Assembly (NCBI GenBank): GCA_902531245.1
Contig: CACADH010000001.1
Location: 18,490-82,489 of the forward strand
DNA: 64,000 bases
Source: an uncultured SAR86 cluster bacterium
GTDB taxonomy: Bacteria > Pseudomonadota > Gammaproteobacteria > Magnimaribacterales > D2472
Direction: 5' to 3'
Below, one piece after another: positions 1-10,527 of this stretch. How positions within the stretch are numbered: position 1 is the first letter of the stretch; each line of letters opens with the position of its first letter. A model generated the notes under the pieces. The model did not search any database. It was not told the origin of the DNA and saw only the letters and a list, made by a program, of their open reading frames with translations. The position numbers and the translations under genes are program-made.

Positions 1-1
1 A

Positions 2-289
2 GCAGCACCCTCACTTTTCTCGCCACTACTTTTCTTAGGTTTTTTATTGCTATTTATGTATATAGTAATAATCAGACCGCAAAATAAAAGAAATAAAGAA
101 ATCAATGAAATGCTTTCAAATCTTGATATAGGAGCAGAAGTTATAGCTGCTAGTGGGATTATTGGAAAAGTTAAAGCTATTAAAGGAGAATATATCTCAC
201 TTGAAGTAAGTGATAATGTTGTTTTTAAACTTCAGAAGTCGGCTATTGCAAACATTCTTCCAAAAGGCACTATTGATTCAATTAAATAG
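2..289 (+). CDS. yajC: Preprotein translocase subunit YajC (5-prime end cut by window edge)
   Basis: The frame is open from position 2. A TM segment is followed by IIRPQNKRNKE...GIIGKVKAI...LPKGT, as in YajC. It lies directly upstream of secD-secF. Confidence 0.85.
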   Translation, partial: AAPSLFSPLLFLGFLLLFMYIVIIRPQNKRNKEINEMLSNLDIGAEVIAASGIIGKVKAIKGEYISLEVSDNVVFKLQKSAIANILPKGTIDSIK

Positions 290-294
290 ATAAA

Positions 295-2151
295 GTGAAT
301 AAATTTTCAATATACCAATATTTATTAATACTAGTTATATTGATAGTGGGCTCAATTTATGCGCTTCCAAATTTATATCCAACTCAACCATCTATTCAAG
401 TTGCATATACAGATTCAGGCAGGTCAGCAGACCAGTCGTTGTTGAATGATTTAGAAAATATTCTTGAAGATTCAAATACTGAATATGAAGATATCTTTTT
501 ACGTGAAAATAAAATAGTAATTAAATTCCAGGATGTTGATACTCAATTAAGTTCAAAAACTATTTTACAAAATGCTTTATTAGACAGAGTGATTATTGCT
601 CTTTTTCTAGAACCAGCAACTCCACAATGGCTCAAAGACCTTGGAGCTAATCCTGTAAAGTTAGGACTTGATTTATCTGGTGGAGTCCATTTTCTTCTTG
701 AGGTTGATATTGATACAGCTCAACAGGGAAGACTTGAATTATTACTAGACACATACAGAAAATCGTTTAAAGAGGAAAGAATAAAATTTGATAAATCATC
801 AATAAAAGACTTAAAGCTTAATTTTGAATTCTCAGATAACCAAAGTTACAACAGAGGACTTAAAAGATTTAGAGATGACAGCCCAGTAATTAATGGAGTT
901 CAATACATCATTACAGAAAAACCGAGTAGTAATGAACTTATGCTTGAATATTCTGACATTGCATTAAGAGAAATTAGAGATTACGCAGTTGGACAAAACT
1001 TAATTACATTAAGAAATAGGGTAAATGAGCTTGGTGTTTCAGAGCCTATAGTCCAACGACAGGGATCCAATAGAATTGTTGTACAACTTCCTGGCGTTCA
1101 AGATCCCACAGCTGCTAAAAAAATTATTGGTAAAACTGCTAATTTAGAATTTAGACTTGAAGCAAATACAAGAACCTCTCCATTAAGAAAAGAAGAATTT
1201 AGTTTTAAAGAAAATGAATTCCAAACCGCCTTTCTTGAAAAAGCGGTAGTTGTTTCTGGTGACAGGGTGACAAATGCTAGTACTGGGTTTGATGAAAGTG
1301 GTTTTTCTCAAGTTAATATCACTCTTGATATGGAAGGCGGAAGAGCCATTCAAAAAGCAACCTCTGGAAATATTGGAAGGCGACTAGGTGTTCTTTTCGT
1401 AGAGCAAAAAACTAAGTCTGAGCTTGTAACTAATCCAGAAGGCAGAAATGTTATTGAACAAACATCATACATAGAAAAAAAGATAATAAGCCTTGCTACT
1501 GTGCAAGCAGTTTTAGGAACAAGTTTTAGAATTACAGGAGTAGGGTCTCCTGCTGAGGCAAGTGAGCTTGCCTTGTTATTAAGAGCTGGTGCACTTGCAG
1601 CGCCAATGAAATTTGTTGAAGAAAGAACTGTTGGCCCTAGCTTGGGTAAAGAAAATATTGAGCTAGGTATGAAATCAATAATGATTGGTTTTTCTTTAGT
1701 AGTACTATTTATGATTTTTTATTACAGAATATTTGGGTTGGCAGCAAATATATCATTGATAATTAATTTGGTATTGATTACGGGAATTATGTCGTTACTT
1801 GGAGCATCCTTAACATTACCTGGTATGGCAGGCATCGTTTTAACAGTTGGCATGGCCGTTGATGCCAATGTTTTGATATTTTCAAGGATCAGGGAGGAAC
1901 TTAAAGAAAAAGATCCTCAAACAGCAATAAGAGATGGCTTCTCAAGAGCATTTGTAACAATTTTTGATGCAAATGTAACAACGTTAATAACAGCTTTAAT
2001 TTTATACATTATTGGAACCGGCCCTGTAAAAGGATTTGCCATAACGTTATCCATTGGAATTATAACTTCAATGTTTACGGCGATTATGTGTACAAGAGCA
2101 ATGGTTAATTTGGTATATGGCAATAAAAATATTCAGGTGTTAAAAATATAA
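295..2151 (+). CDS. secD: Protein translocase subunit SecD
   Basis: 618 aa with a GTG start. It has a large periplasmic domain, then 5-6 C-terminal TM helices with the DANVLIFSRIREE motif. The yajC-secD-secF order is conserved. Confidence 0.95.
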   Translation: MNKFSIYQYLLILVILIVGSIYALPNLYPTQPSIQVAYTDSGRSADQSLLNDLENILEDSNTEYEDIFLRENKIVIKFQDVDTQLSSKTILQNALLDRVIIALFLEPATPQWLKDLGANPVKLGLDLSGGVHFLLEVDIDTAQQGRLELLLDTYRKSFKEERIKFDKSSIKDLKLNFEFSDNQSYNRGLKRFRDDSPVINGVQYIITEKPSSNELMLEYSDIALREIRDYAVGQNLITLRNRVNELGVSEPIVQRQGSNRIVVQLPGVQDPTAAKKIIGKTANLEFRLEANTRTSPLRKEEFSFKENEFQTAFLEKAVVVSGDRVTNASTGFDESGFSQVNITLDMEGGRAIQKATSGNIGRRLGVLFVEQKTKSELVTNPEGRNVIEQTSYIEKKIISLATVQAVLGTSFRITGVGSPAEASELALLLRAGALAAPMKFVEERTVGPSLGKENIELGMKSIMIGFSLVVLFMIFYYRIFGLAANISLIINLVLITGIMSLLGASLTLPGMAGIVLTVGMAVDANVLIFSRIREELKEKDPQTAIRDGFSRAFVTIFDANVTTLITALILYIIGTGPVKGFAITLSIGIITSMFTAIMCTRAMVNLVYGNKNIQVLKI

Positions 2152-3065
2152 TGAATATTAGATTTAAATTCATGAAATACAGGAAAATAGCTAGCCTAAT
2201 TTCTATATCTTTATTTATTATTTCTGTTTTATCTTTAGGCTTAAGAGGTCTAAGTTTGGGTTTAGATTTTAGTGGAGGTACTTTAATAGAAGTTTCATAC
2301 GAATCTCCTGTTTCTCTAGAATCAATTAGAAATAGTTTAGAAGAAAATGGATATCCTGATTCACAAGTTGTAAATTTTGGCACTAACTTAGATGTGCTTA
2401 TTAAAGTTGCTGATCAAAGTGGTAATAGTTCGGTTGGAGAACAAATATTTAATATTCTTAACAATCAAAAAACCACAATTGAATTAAAGAGAGTTGAATT
2501 TGTTGGCCCTCAAGTAGGAGATGAACTAAGAGATCAAGGTGGACTGGGTATGGTTGTAGCTTTATTTATGATACTTATGTATGTTGCTTTTAGGTTTCAA
2601 TATAAGTTTGCTCTCGGAGCTGTAACTGCTCTAGCTCATGATGTTGTGATAATACTTGGGTTGTTTTCTATTTTTGGTTGGGATTTTGATTTAACAGTTT
2701 TAGCAGCACTTCTGGCAGTTATAGGTTATTCCTTAAATGACACGATAGTTGTATCCGACAGAATAAGAGAAAATTTTAGAACTGAGAGAGTTCTTGAACC
2801 AATAGATTTGATTGATTTATCTTTAAATCAAACTCTAGGCAGAACTTTGGTTACATCATTTACAACGTTACTAGTTCTATTCGCATTATTTATTTTTGGT
2901 GGAGAGCTAATCAAAGGGTTTAGTTTAGCCTTGATAATTGGGGTTTTAATAGGAACCTATTCTTCAATATACGTAGTTGCAAATATGTTGATGTCTTTAA
3001 CATTAACTCAAGACGATCTTGCCTTACCAGAACCAGAAGGGGCGGATTTTGATGGAATGCCTTAA
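2151..3065 (+). CDS. secF: Protein translocase subunit SecF
   Basis: 304 aa with LGLDFSGGT and SLNDTIVVSDRIREN motifs. Its ATG overlaps the secD stop (TAATG). Confidence 0.95.
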   Translation: MNIRFKFMKYRKIASLISISLFIISVLSLGLRGLSLGLDFSGGTLIEVSYESPVSLESIRNSLEENGYPDSQVVNFGTNLDVLIKVADQSGNSSVGEQIFNILNNQKTTIELKRVEFVGPQVGDELRDQGGLGMVVALFMILMYVAFRFQYKFALGAVTALAHDVVIILGLFSIFGWDFDLTVLAALLAVIGYSLNDTIVVSDRIRENFRTERVLEPIDLIDLSLNQTLGRTLVTSFTTLLVLFALFIFGGELIKGFSLALIIGVLIGTYSSIYVVANMLMSLTLTQDDLALPEPEGADFDGMP

Positions 3066-3850
3066 GCTTTAAAATAAGGTTTTACAGATTTTAAAATCGA
3101 TTTATATATCTTTGATGCCGATGCAATTATATTATTTCCTTCTAGGAATTTTGGATCACCATTGAAATTACTTACCAATGCTCCTCCTTCTTGAGCAATT
3201 AAAGCTCCAGCAGCAATATCCATTAAGTTTTTATCGTAAGCCCAAGTGCCATCTAATCTTCCAGCTCCAACATATGAAAGATCTAGAGATAAACATCCAC
3301 TTTCTCGCATATTAAGCTTTTGATTGGACAACTCTTTATATGATTTTTCAAAATCATATTCTTCAACTTTATTTGATTTTGAAAAAGACAGAATTGATTC
3401 TTCTAAATTATTTTGTTTACTAGATCTAATCTTATTATTATTTAGATTTGCACCACCACCAGAGTATGCTGAAAACTCTTCTCTTCTAATTGGATCAATT
3501 ATCACTGCTGATGTAACAACATTATCGATCACCGAACACAAAGAGATTGAAAAGTGAGGATAACCATTTAGAAAGTTTTCCTTGCCATCAATAGGCTTTA
3601 ATACCCATGTTAAGTTTGAATTATTAATAACATGACCTTGCTGACTACTTAAGAAATTATCTTCTTGATGAAATTTTTGGATTTCTTCAAATACTAGATC
3701 TTCAACCCTTCTTTCGATTGCTTTAAGATAGCCTTCAGGACCACCTTTAGAAGCCTCAAGGCTATGAACTTTTTTTACAGCAAATTCTAGCTCAGCCGCA
3801 CCTTTACGAGCAGCTAACTGGTTTACATTTAACAAAGCTTGTTTTGACAT
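3062..3850 (-). CDS. suhB: Inositol monophosphatase family protein (SuhB-like)
   Basis: 262 aa with WVLKPIDGKENFLNG (the WxxDPIDGT-type motif) and WAYDxxAG-like C-terminal motifs. It is divergent from trmJ, as in enterobacteria. Confidence 0.85.
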   Translation of the reverse strand: MSKQALLNVNQLAARKGAAELEFAVKKVHSLEASKGGPEGYLKAIERRVEDLVFEEIQKFHQEDNFLSSQQGHVINNSNLTWVLKPIDGKENFLNGYPHFSISLCSVIDNVVTSAVIIDPIRREEFSAYSGGGANLNNNKIRSSKQNNLEESILSFSKSNKVEEYDFEKSYKELSNQKLNMRESGCLSLDLSYVGAGRLDGTWAYDKNLMDIAAGALIAQEGGALVSNFNGDPKFLEGNNIIASASKIYKSILKSVKPYFKA

Positions 3851-3885
3851 GTCGCTATTGTAATAGAAATGAGGATAATAGTTAT

Positions 3886-4611
3886 ATGAGTTTGCAAACT
3901 AATTTAATAAATATAGTTTTAGTAGATACCATTCATCCTGGAAATATAGGATCTGTTGCAAGAGCTATGAAAACAATGGGTTTAAAAAGATTATCTTTAG
4001 TTAACCCTAGAGTTTTTCCTTCTGGAGAATCCAATGCGTTAGCTGGAAATGCCACAGATGTTCTTGAAAACGCAAAGATTTTTACTTCAATAAAAGATGC
4101 AATAATGGATAGCACCTTTGTTTATGCAACATCTTCAAGGGATAGGTCTATTCAATGGCCATTGATGGATGCAGAAGCTGCAGCAAAAGATATTTGCGAA
4201 GAAGTAGGCTCAAAGAAAGAAGTTTCAATTATTTTTGGAAAAGAGGATAGGGGGCTTACGAATGATGAGCTTGAGTTAGCAAATAAATTAATAGAAATAC
4301 CTGCAAATCCCGAATACCCAGTTCTCAATTTAGCTATGTCTGCTCAGATTATTTCTTATGAGATTCTTAAGGCTTCATCAATAAATCAAAGTAAAGAATG
4401 GAGAGACTATCCTGAGGTTAATTCAAAGCAACTACAGATGTTAATAGATCATTTTATAGAGACTGCAATTGATATTGATGTAATAGATCCCGACAACCCA
4501 AAGAAGATTATTTCTAGGATCAAAAGAATGTTTACAAGACTCCAACCTGATGAAATGGAGGCAAGTTTTATGAGAGGTTTTTTATCGGGAATTAAGAAAA
4601 AATTAAAATAA
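3886..4611 (+). CDS. trmJ: tRNA (cytidine/uridine-2'-O)-methyltransferase TrmJ (SpoU/TrmH family)
   Basis: INIVLVDTIHPGNIGSVARAMKTMG aligns with the E. coli TrmJ N-terminus. The internal ATG at 3886 has a GAGGA 10 nt upstream. The 3844 start would add a non-conserved 14-aa extension. Confidence 0.8.
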   Translation: MSLQTNLINIVLVDTIHPGNIGSVARAMKTMGLKRLSLVNPRVFPSGESNALAGNATDVLENAKIFTSIKDAIMDSTFVYATSSRDRSIQWPLMDAEAAAKDICEEVGSKKEVSIIFGKEDRGLTNDELELANKLIEIPANPEYPVLNLAMSAQIISYEILKASSINQSKEWRDYPEVNSKQLQMLIDHFIETAIDIDVIDPDNPKKIISRIKRMFTRLQPDEMEASFMRGFLSGIKKKLK

Positions 4612-4618
4612 ATATGCT

Positions 4619-4646
4619 TTGATAATCTTTTATGATTCCATATAAT
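4619..4646 (+). promoter_or_regulatory. Candidate sigma70 promoter for tRNA-Glu (TTGATA-16 nt-TATAAT)
   Basis: TTGATA at 4619-4624 and TATAAT at 4641-4646. The tRNA begins 13 nt downstream of the -10 element. Confidence 0.45.
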
Positions 4647-4658
4647 ACAACCCATCCT

Positions 4659-4734
<76 letters not shown>

Positions 4735-4746
4735 ATTTACTATAAA

Positions 4747-4769
4747 GCTCACACTAGTGGGCTTTTTTT
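4747..4769 (+). terminator. Intrinsic terminator after tRNA-Glu
   Basis: GCTCAC-acta-GTGGGC hairpin (one G-U pair) followed by T7. Confidence 0.6.
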
Positions 4770-4842
4770 ATTATTTATTGAGACTATAACTCATACGTGG
4801 CATTATAATTTTTTTAATTTTCATAAAATAATAGGAGAATTT

Positions 4843-5139
4843 ATGAGTGGTTTTTCAAATGTTGTTAGATTTGTTGTTAAAGAAGGATGCGAGACTGATT
4901 TCATAGAAGTCTTTAAGACTTTTTCAAATGAGGAAGGCGAAATATACTCTTTTCTTGTTCATACTGGGGATAGAGAATATGTTGCTGTAGGAACGTGGGA
5001 GTCTGAAGATGCTTTAGTAAATGCAAGACCCGCTATGATTGGTAATCTTGATAAGATGAGAAATTTTCTTGAAGAAATATCTCCTGAGTTAGGAGTTACT
5101 GATCCGAGATCTGGAAAAATTGTTATGGAATGGAAGTAG
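4843..5139 (+). CDS. Small ABM-like (dimeric alpha/beta-barrel) protein, function unknown
   Basis: 98 aa from the ATG at 4843, with an AGGAG 6 nt upstream. It shows a beta-alpha-beta pattern with GTWESEDAL...AR typical of antibiotic-biosynthesis-monooxygenase-like domains. The longer ORF (4729) would overlap the tRNA. Confidence 0.6.
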   Translation: MSGFSNVVRFVVKEGCETDFIEVFKTFSNEEGEIYSFLVHTGDREYVAVGTWESEDALVNARPAMIGNLDKMRNFLEEISPELGVTDPRSGKIVMEWK

Positions 5140-5157
5140 TATTTGTATAATTTTAAT

Positions 5158-5180
5158 GCCCGCTTTTTGCGGGCTTTTTT
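5158..5180 (+). terminator. Intrinsic terminator
   Basis: GCCCGC-ttttt-GCGGGC followed by T6. Confidence 0.75.
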
Positions 5181-5211
5181 ATGCTCATTAAGAAAAAGAT
5201 ATAATAGATGT

Positions 5212-6243
5212 ATGAAGCTTAAAATATTTATTTTTGTTCTATCTATATTTACTTCAAACCTAACTTATTCAAAAGAATATTTAATTGGATTTGGTTCATG
5301 TATTGATCAAGAATTTCCTCAACCTATTTGGAATTCTATTGAAAGCAAAGATGTCGATGCATTTATGTTTCTTGGAGATAACGTATACGGAGATGATCCA
5401 AGTGGAGATCTAAAAAAGCTAAAACAAAGTTACTTAGTCCAAGCATCTAAATTTCCAAAATGGTTGAAAGAAAAAAAAGTTATCAGCATTTGGGATGATC
5501 ATGACTATGGGATAAATGACGGTGGCGCAGATTTCAAAAATAAAAGAGAAGCACAAAAGTTATTTTTAGATTTTTGGGACATTCCAAAAGATGATATTAG
5601 ACGTTCAAGAGATGGCCTTTATTTTAATGAAATATTAGATATTGAGGGCTTTAAGATAAATCTTATAGTTCTTGATACAAGATTTTTTAGATCTAAATTA
5701 ACTTCTGATAAATTTCCATATACCTCAACAGATAATCCAGATACAACTATCCTAGGAAATGCGCAATGGAAATGGTTTGAAGAAGTTATAGAAGAAGAAT
5801 CAGATCTGATATTGGTATTGTCTTCAATTCAAGTCCTAGCAACTGAACATGTTTTTGAAAGATGGAATCTTTTTCCTCACGAAAGATCAAAGATTATTAA
5901 AACTTTAAATTCTGTTGAAACCAAGAGTTTAATAATCTCTGGGGATAGGCATAAAGGAGGCTTATATAAAAAAGATTCATTAGTTGAATTGACATCCTCT
6001 TCACTTAACAAACCAGTAAAAGCTGCAAGAATTAGCAATTTCCTTAAATATATTCCAGAATTCATTATTAACTTTATCCCAAAGACAACAAGAGAGTTAC
6101 TTGTAGAAAAGGACAAGCTTTTAACAACAAAAATATATAATTTTGAGAATTTTGGTTTGATTAAAATAAATACTGAATCAGGAAAGGTTGAGATATCACT
6201 AAATGATATTAATGGTAATAATATATTTTCCGATGAGATTTAA
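5212..6243 (+). CDS. Secreted PhoD-like metallophosphatase (alkaline phosphatase D family)
   Basis: Signal peptide MKLKIFIFVLSIF..., then FGSC, FLGDNVYGD, WDDHDYG, LDTRFFRS, ILGNAQWKWF and SGDRH motifs. The start is chosen downstream of the terminator at 5158-5180. Confidence 0.75.
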   Translation: MKLKIFIFVLSIFTSNLTYSKEYLIGFGSCIDQEFPQPIWNSIESKDVDAFMFLGDNVYGDDPSGDLKKLKQSYLVQASKFPKWLKEKKVISIWDDHDYGINDGGADFKNKREAQKLFLDFWDIPKDDIRRSRDGLYFNEILDIEGFKINLIVLDTRFFRSKLTSDKFPYTSTDNPDTTILGNAQWKWFEEVIEEESDLILVLSSIQVLATEHVFERWNLFPHERSKIIKTLNSVETKSLIISGDRHKGGLYKKDSLVELTSSSLNKPVKAARISNFLKYIPEFIINFIPKTTRELLVEKDKLLTTKIYNFENFGLIKINTESGKVEISLNDINGNNIFSDEI

Positions 6244-6246
6244 TGT

Positions 6247-6534
6247 TCATGTAATCAACTTGGGAATTATTTCTAGCTGAGCAAGAATTCCAAAAAGAAT
6301 CACAAATAAGAAAGCAAATAAAATTTTTAGATTCTTCCTTTGAATCCATTCAAATAAGTTATCTGTGAATTTTCTTATCCAATCATCAGCTTTACCCATA
6401 AATTTAACAGCTTTTCTTGTCCATTGATCTGTCACGTCAATCAACGGAAGTAAAAATGCTGCAATGATAAGCCAAATAATACCATTTAAGATCATATCAA
6501 TAATCCATCCAATCACTATCCAATTAACTTGCAT
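6247..6534 (-). CDS. Small membrane protein, unknown function
   Basis: 95 aa with two or three predicted TM helices. It is tightly packed downstream of the MFS gene on the same strand. I recognise no homology. Confidence 0.45.
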   Translation of the reverse strand: MQVNWIVIGWIIDMILNGIIWLIIAAFLLPLIDVTDQWTRKAVKFMGKADDWIRKFTDNLFEWIQRKNLKILFAFLFVILFGILAQLEIIPKLIT

Positions 6535-6546
6535 GCATTTATCCAG

Positions 6547-7857
6547 TTAATGTTTAATTGATTTAAGATTAAGTTTTTCCGCATTTTCCCAATCTTTAGG
6601 TAACACCTTAGACACTAAAAAAAAGCTAACTAATGATGGTATATAAATACAAAAGGTTACAGTCATTGCATATCTCATAGCATCTAATTCATTAAAATTT
6701 TCTTTAAAAACATCCATAAGCCATCCTGCAAATGTTGGTCCACCTCCAAGACCAATCATATTCAAAATAAAAAAGAATAAAGCAGTCGACATTGCGCGCA
6801 TTTTTATTGGTGCTAATGTTTGAGCAATAGCAAAGCTAGGACCTAAAATAACTCCAGCAAAAACTAAAAATAAAGCACTCCAAATAAGATTCATTTCTAC
6901 CGAAGATACCCAGTAACTCCCGATACTAATGGGCAAACATAATAAAATTGCTATTGCTGGCAACCATCCATATGCTCTTATGTCTTTTTGAGCCCATTTA
7001 TCTGTAAGTTTTGCTCCAAAGTAAGTACCTCCAACGTATGCGACACCATTAATGATTCCTAAAATAATTACTAATTTTTGAAAATTGAAAGTTGGATCTA
7101 GAGCAATTAAGAATTTTGTATGGAAAGCTGCAGAAGCATAAGAGGCAAAAGAGCCAAAGGCTATTCCAAAACACATAGCCCACCAAGCAGGTATTTTTAA
7201 AAGAACTCTTAGTGAATCTAAAAATGGCGGTTGTTCAATTTCGACTATTTCATCAAACTCCATAGCGCCTCTTTTAGGCTCTCTAATTAACAGCCTTACT
7301 AAAACCGCAAGAGCTATACCTGTAAGACCTAGAAAAATAAAAATTTTTCTCCAGTTTACATCATCAGTTGAGCTTCCCAATAATGCTGCTGTAGCAAAGT
7401 AAGCCACCATAATACCTATAGGAATTCCCATAGAATAAAATCCTAGGGCTCCTGCTCTTTCTTCTTTTGAATACATATCAGAAATAATTGAATGAGATGG
7501 CGGGCTGCCTCCAGCCTCTCCAATACCAACTCCCATTCTTGCAATAACTATCTGAAAGAAATTATTAGCTAGTCCTGTAAGTGCGGTAAATCCACTCCAT
7601 GTTGCCAGCGCAATAGATAAAATATTTACTCTATTGTATCTGTCTGCTAGCCATGCCAAAGGGATAGCAAAAGTTGTATAAAAAACAGCAAAAGCAAATC
7701 CTATCAACAATCCTAATTCTGTATTTGTTAAATCTAGATCTTTTTGAATAAAAGGAGCAAGTATTCCAACAATCTGACGATCTATAAAATTAAATCCATA
7801 TACTATGGTAAGAAGGATTAATGTAAAAAATCTATAGTTTTTATTTTTGTTTGCCAT
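6547..7857 (-). CDS. MFS transporter
   Basis: 436 aa with about 12 TM helices and the MFS signature WLADRYNRVNIL (the D-R-x-x-R-R-like loop between TM2 and TM3). Confidence 0.85.
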   Translation of the reverse strand: MANKNKNYRFFTLILLTIVYGFNFIDRQIVGILAPFIQKDLDLTNTELGLLIGFAFAVFYTTFAIPLAWLADRYNRVNILSIALATWSGFTALTGLANNFFQIVIARMGVGIGEAGGSPPSHSIISDMYSKEERAGALGFYSMGIPIGIMVAYFATAALLGSSTDDVNWRKIFIFLGLTGIALAVLVRLLIREPKRGAMEFDEIVEIEQPPFLDSLRVLLKIPAWWAMCFGIAFGSFASYASAAFHTKFLIALDPTFNFQKLVIILGIINGVAYVGGTYFGAKLTDKWAQKDIRAYGWLPAIAILLCLPISIGSYWVSSVEMNLIWSALFLVFAGVILGPSFAIAQTLAPIKMRAMSTALFFFILNMIGLGGGPTFAGWLMDVFKENFNELDAMRYAMTVTFCIYIPSLVSFFLVSKVLPKDWENAEKLNLKSIKH

Positions 7858-7863
7858 TTATTA

Positions 7864-8268
7864 TCAAGAAAAAGTTTTATCTAAGAGAATTTTTATATCT
7901 TCTGGAATTTTCATTTTAAATATCTTTGCTCTTTTATCTAAAGGGTTCCTTTCTTCAATAATCCATTTAATTTTTTGTAAATGTTTTATATATCTTTTAA
8001 CACTTCTTTCACTCAGGGAAGTCTCATTTAAAACATCTTCATAGACAAAATGTTTTTTTTTCGCACATTCCAATACTGCTTTTATGTACACAACTTGATA
8101 TCTTGAATCAAAAACATGTTCGGCAAGCGTTTCATAACTATTACTAGTTCCTTTGATATATATATCTTCATATGCTTTAAGATGAATATATCTATTTTTT
8201 AGTGCTTTTAAATACTTTGCTTTATTTTTCACAATTATCAAAATAATAGAGGACTTCATGTCCTTCAA
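7864..8268 (-). CDS. Putative winged-helix transcriptional regulator
   Basis: 134 aa. The C-terminal segment LSERSVKRYIKHLQKIKWIIEERNPLDKRAKIF resembles a MarR/wHTH recognition helix plus wing. It is divergent from the TBDR gene at 8328. Confidence 0.45.
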   Translation of the reverse strand: MKDMKSSIILIIVKNKAKYLKALKNRYIHLKAYEDIYIKGTSNSYETLAEHVFDSRYQVVYIKAVLECAKKKHFVYEDVLNETSLSERSVKRYIKHLQKIKWIIEERNPLDKRAKIFKMKIPEDIKILLDKTFS

Positions 8269-8327
8269 ATATTGTGTTTATTCAATTATTGTATATTAAT
8301 TAAACGTATTTATGGGAGAGATAAAAT

Positions 8328-10472
8328 ATGCGTAATTTATGTCGTTTACTTTTTTTATTGTTAATGTTCAATACTTCTTCACTTTTTTCTGATGATGTAG
8401 AAGAGATTGTTGTTACAGGGCTGAAGAGAACTTCATCTGTTGAGGATGCATCCGCATCAATCACTGTACTAAGTGGTTCAGAAATAGACGATAGGGGTAT
8501 AATTGATTTAAAAGATATTAAGTTTGCTGCTCCAAGTCTTAACTATACTGAAGTTTTTTATAGTTCAAATATATCAATAAGAGGAGTTGGTGCTTTAGTG
8601 GGAGGCTCTGGCCAACCAGGTGTATCTGTTGTTACTGATGGGGTATACCAGCTAGTTGATACAACTTCGCAATTAGCTTCACTTGATCTATCTAGAATAG
8701 AGGTCTTAAGAGGGCCTCAGGGAACATTACATGGAAGAAATTCTGTTGGTGGAACGGTCAATTATTACACAACTGAACCATCACAAGAATCAGATGGATA
8801 TCTTAAAATTGGATTTGCTGAATATAGCCAACAAAAATTAGAAGGAGCTTATGGGCAAGGCATTAGTGATAACACTTCTTTCCGCTTTTCATTTAATACA
8901 ACCAAAAAAGATGAAGGCTTTACAAAGAATTTATCTGAAGGAGCCTATGAAATAGGTACTCAGGATACAGAAACTTTTAGGTTAAAAATTAAATCAGATT
9001 TGAGCGACAACATTGCGGCTAGAATGACTTTTGCTAGTACCAGTGTTGAAGGTACGCCTGCGCCATATGTTTGGCTTCAAGATCTTCGTTATAAAGTTGG
9101 GGTAATACAAAATAAAAATGACCAACTTACACTTAATCCACATGAGGTATATGTAACGCCAGAAGGACCTTTAGGTAAAGATTTTTTAGAGCAAGAATAT
9201 GATTTTGCTTCATTAGTCTTAGATATAAATACTGAATTTGGTACCATTAAGTCTATTACATCAAAGCAAGATTATTCTTTTTTAGGAGCTCAAGATCGAG
9301 ACGCTTTAGAATTTCCATATACTAGCAACAGAGGTCTTCATGAGTCAGAAGCTCTCACGCAAGAGATAAATTGGAATATTGTAAATGATAATATAGACCT
9401 AATCGTAGGTGTTTATTATCTTAAAGATGATTCTTTAAGAGATGAAATTTTCCAGTTTGCACCAAGCGTATTTAATGGTCTTAAATTTGTATTTGATCAA
9501 CCCGAATATAACACAACTTCTAAATCTATATTTTTAGATGCTACCTTTGATATCACTGACAAAACAAATGCTAGCGTTGGTATAAGAAAAACTGAGGATG
9601 AAATAATTAACACTCAAAATAACAGTAATGTTATTGCAGCATTTGGCCTAACGATACCAACTTGCGATCGTACCATTAAAATTGAAGACTCAAATACAAT
9701 GTCAAGATTGTCTTTAAACCATGAGTTAGATAATGGGAATAATATTTATGCTTCGCTATCAGAAGGTTACAAAGTAGGTGGAGTGAATTATCTAGTATGT
9801 GATGATCCATATGCATCTGAAGAACTGGAATCATTTGAAATAGGCTATAAAGGTGATTTAAACGATAAAACAACTATTCAGATTGCTGTTTTTGATTATG
9901 ACTACTCTAATTTTCAAACTTTTCAAGTTGTTGAAACCACAGCTTTTATAAAAAATGCCGGAGATGCTTCATTAACAGGACTTGAAATAGAAACATTTAC
10001 TGATATTAATGGCCAACTTTCTATGACAACTGGCATTACTTATTTAAATTCAGAGTACGGAGACTTTATTAACAGTTCTTCAGTAGCTCCTGAATTAGGC
10101 TTTCAGAATGTCAAAGGTAATAGCCTAAATTATATTCCTGACCTAAGCGTAAACTGGGGTTTTATTAGCTCAAAATTTGATTCCAAAGGAAATTCTTGGA
10201 CTAATAGATTAGATATTGCTTATAGAGGTAATACTAGTTTTAGTGAATTCTCACCAGATAAAGGTGGTTTTGAACAATCTGCATATACCGTAGTTAATTT
10301 AAATATGATTTGGGAAAGTGCTGATGAAGAGTTATCTGTAAGAGCATATGCTAAAAATGCATCCAACTCTGAATATGTTGCTGGATTTAATTCAGGTGGA
10401 TTTAATGGAGGAACATTTGGAACCTGGGGAGCACCTAGAGTTTTAGGTATAGAAGTTAAAAGAAATTTTTAA
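8328..10472 (+). CDS. TonB-dependent receptor
   Basis: 714 aa with a signal peptide, the plug motif EEIVVTGLKR...IEVLRGPQGTLHGRNSVGG, a beta-barrel body and a C-terminal ...EVKRNF. Confidence 0.9.
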   Translation: MRNLCRLLFLLLMFNTSSLFSDDVEEIVVTGLKRTSSVEDASASITVLSGSEIDDRGIIDLKDIKFAAPSLNYTEVFYSSNISIRGVGALVGGSGQPGVSVVTDGVYQLVDTTSQLASLDLSRIEVLRGPQGTLHGRNSVGGTVNYYTTEPSQESDGYLKIGFAEYSQQKLEGAYGQGISDNTSFRFSFNTTKKDEGFTKNLSEGAYEIGTQDTETFRLKIKSDLSDNIAARMTFASTSVEGTPAPYVWLQDLRYKVGVIQNKNDQLTLNPHEVYVTPEGPLGKDFLEQEYDFASLVLDINTEFGTIKSITSKQDYSFLGAQDRDALEFPYTSNRGLHESEALTQEINWNIVNDNIDLIVGVYYLKDDSLRDEIFQFAPSVFNGLKFVFDQPEYNTTSKSIFLDATFDITDKTNASVGIRKTEDEIINTQNNSNVIAAFGLTIPTCDRTIKIEDSNTMSRLSLNHELDNGNNIYASLSEGYKVGGVNYLVCDDPYASEELESFEIGYKGDLNDKTTIQIAVFDYDYSNFQTFQVVETTAFIKNAGDASLTGLEIETFTDINGQLSMTTGITYLNSEYGDFINSSSVAPELGFQNVKGNSLNYIPDLSVNWGFISSKFDSKGNSWTNRLDIAYRGNTSFSEFSPDKGGFEQSAYTVVNLNMIWESADEELSVRAYAKNASNSEYVAGFNSGGFNGGTFGTWGAPRVLGIEVKRNF

Positions 10473-10527
10473 ATTGGTGTAAATAATAGGCCTTCCTTTG
10501 ATCCCCTGGTTGGCCTGTTATAATTAA

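Noticed and set aside
1917-2383. Antisense ORFs inside secD/secF. The same applies to similar 60-120-aa antisense or alternative-frame ORFs within suhB, trmJ, ald, the TBDRs, glcB, GH3, the acyl-CoA ligase, gspD/E/F/J, 11635..11838, 12184..12375 and 28067..28288
   Set aside because: All lie wholly within longer ORFs that have strong family signatures. They have low-complexity, hydrophobic or Ile/Leu/Lys-rich composition typical of AT-rich out-of-frame translation, and no RBS or homology.
5143-5211. N-terminal extension of the PhoD-like ORF
   Set aside because: It runs through the strong terminator at 5158-5180. The Met at 5212 starts a canonical signal peptide.
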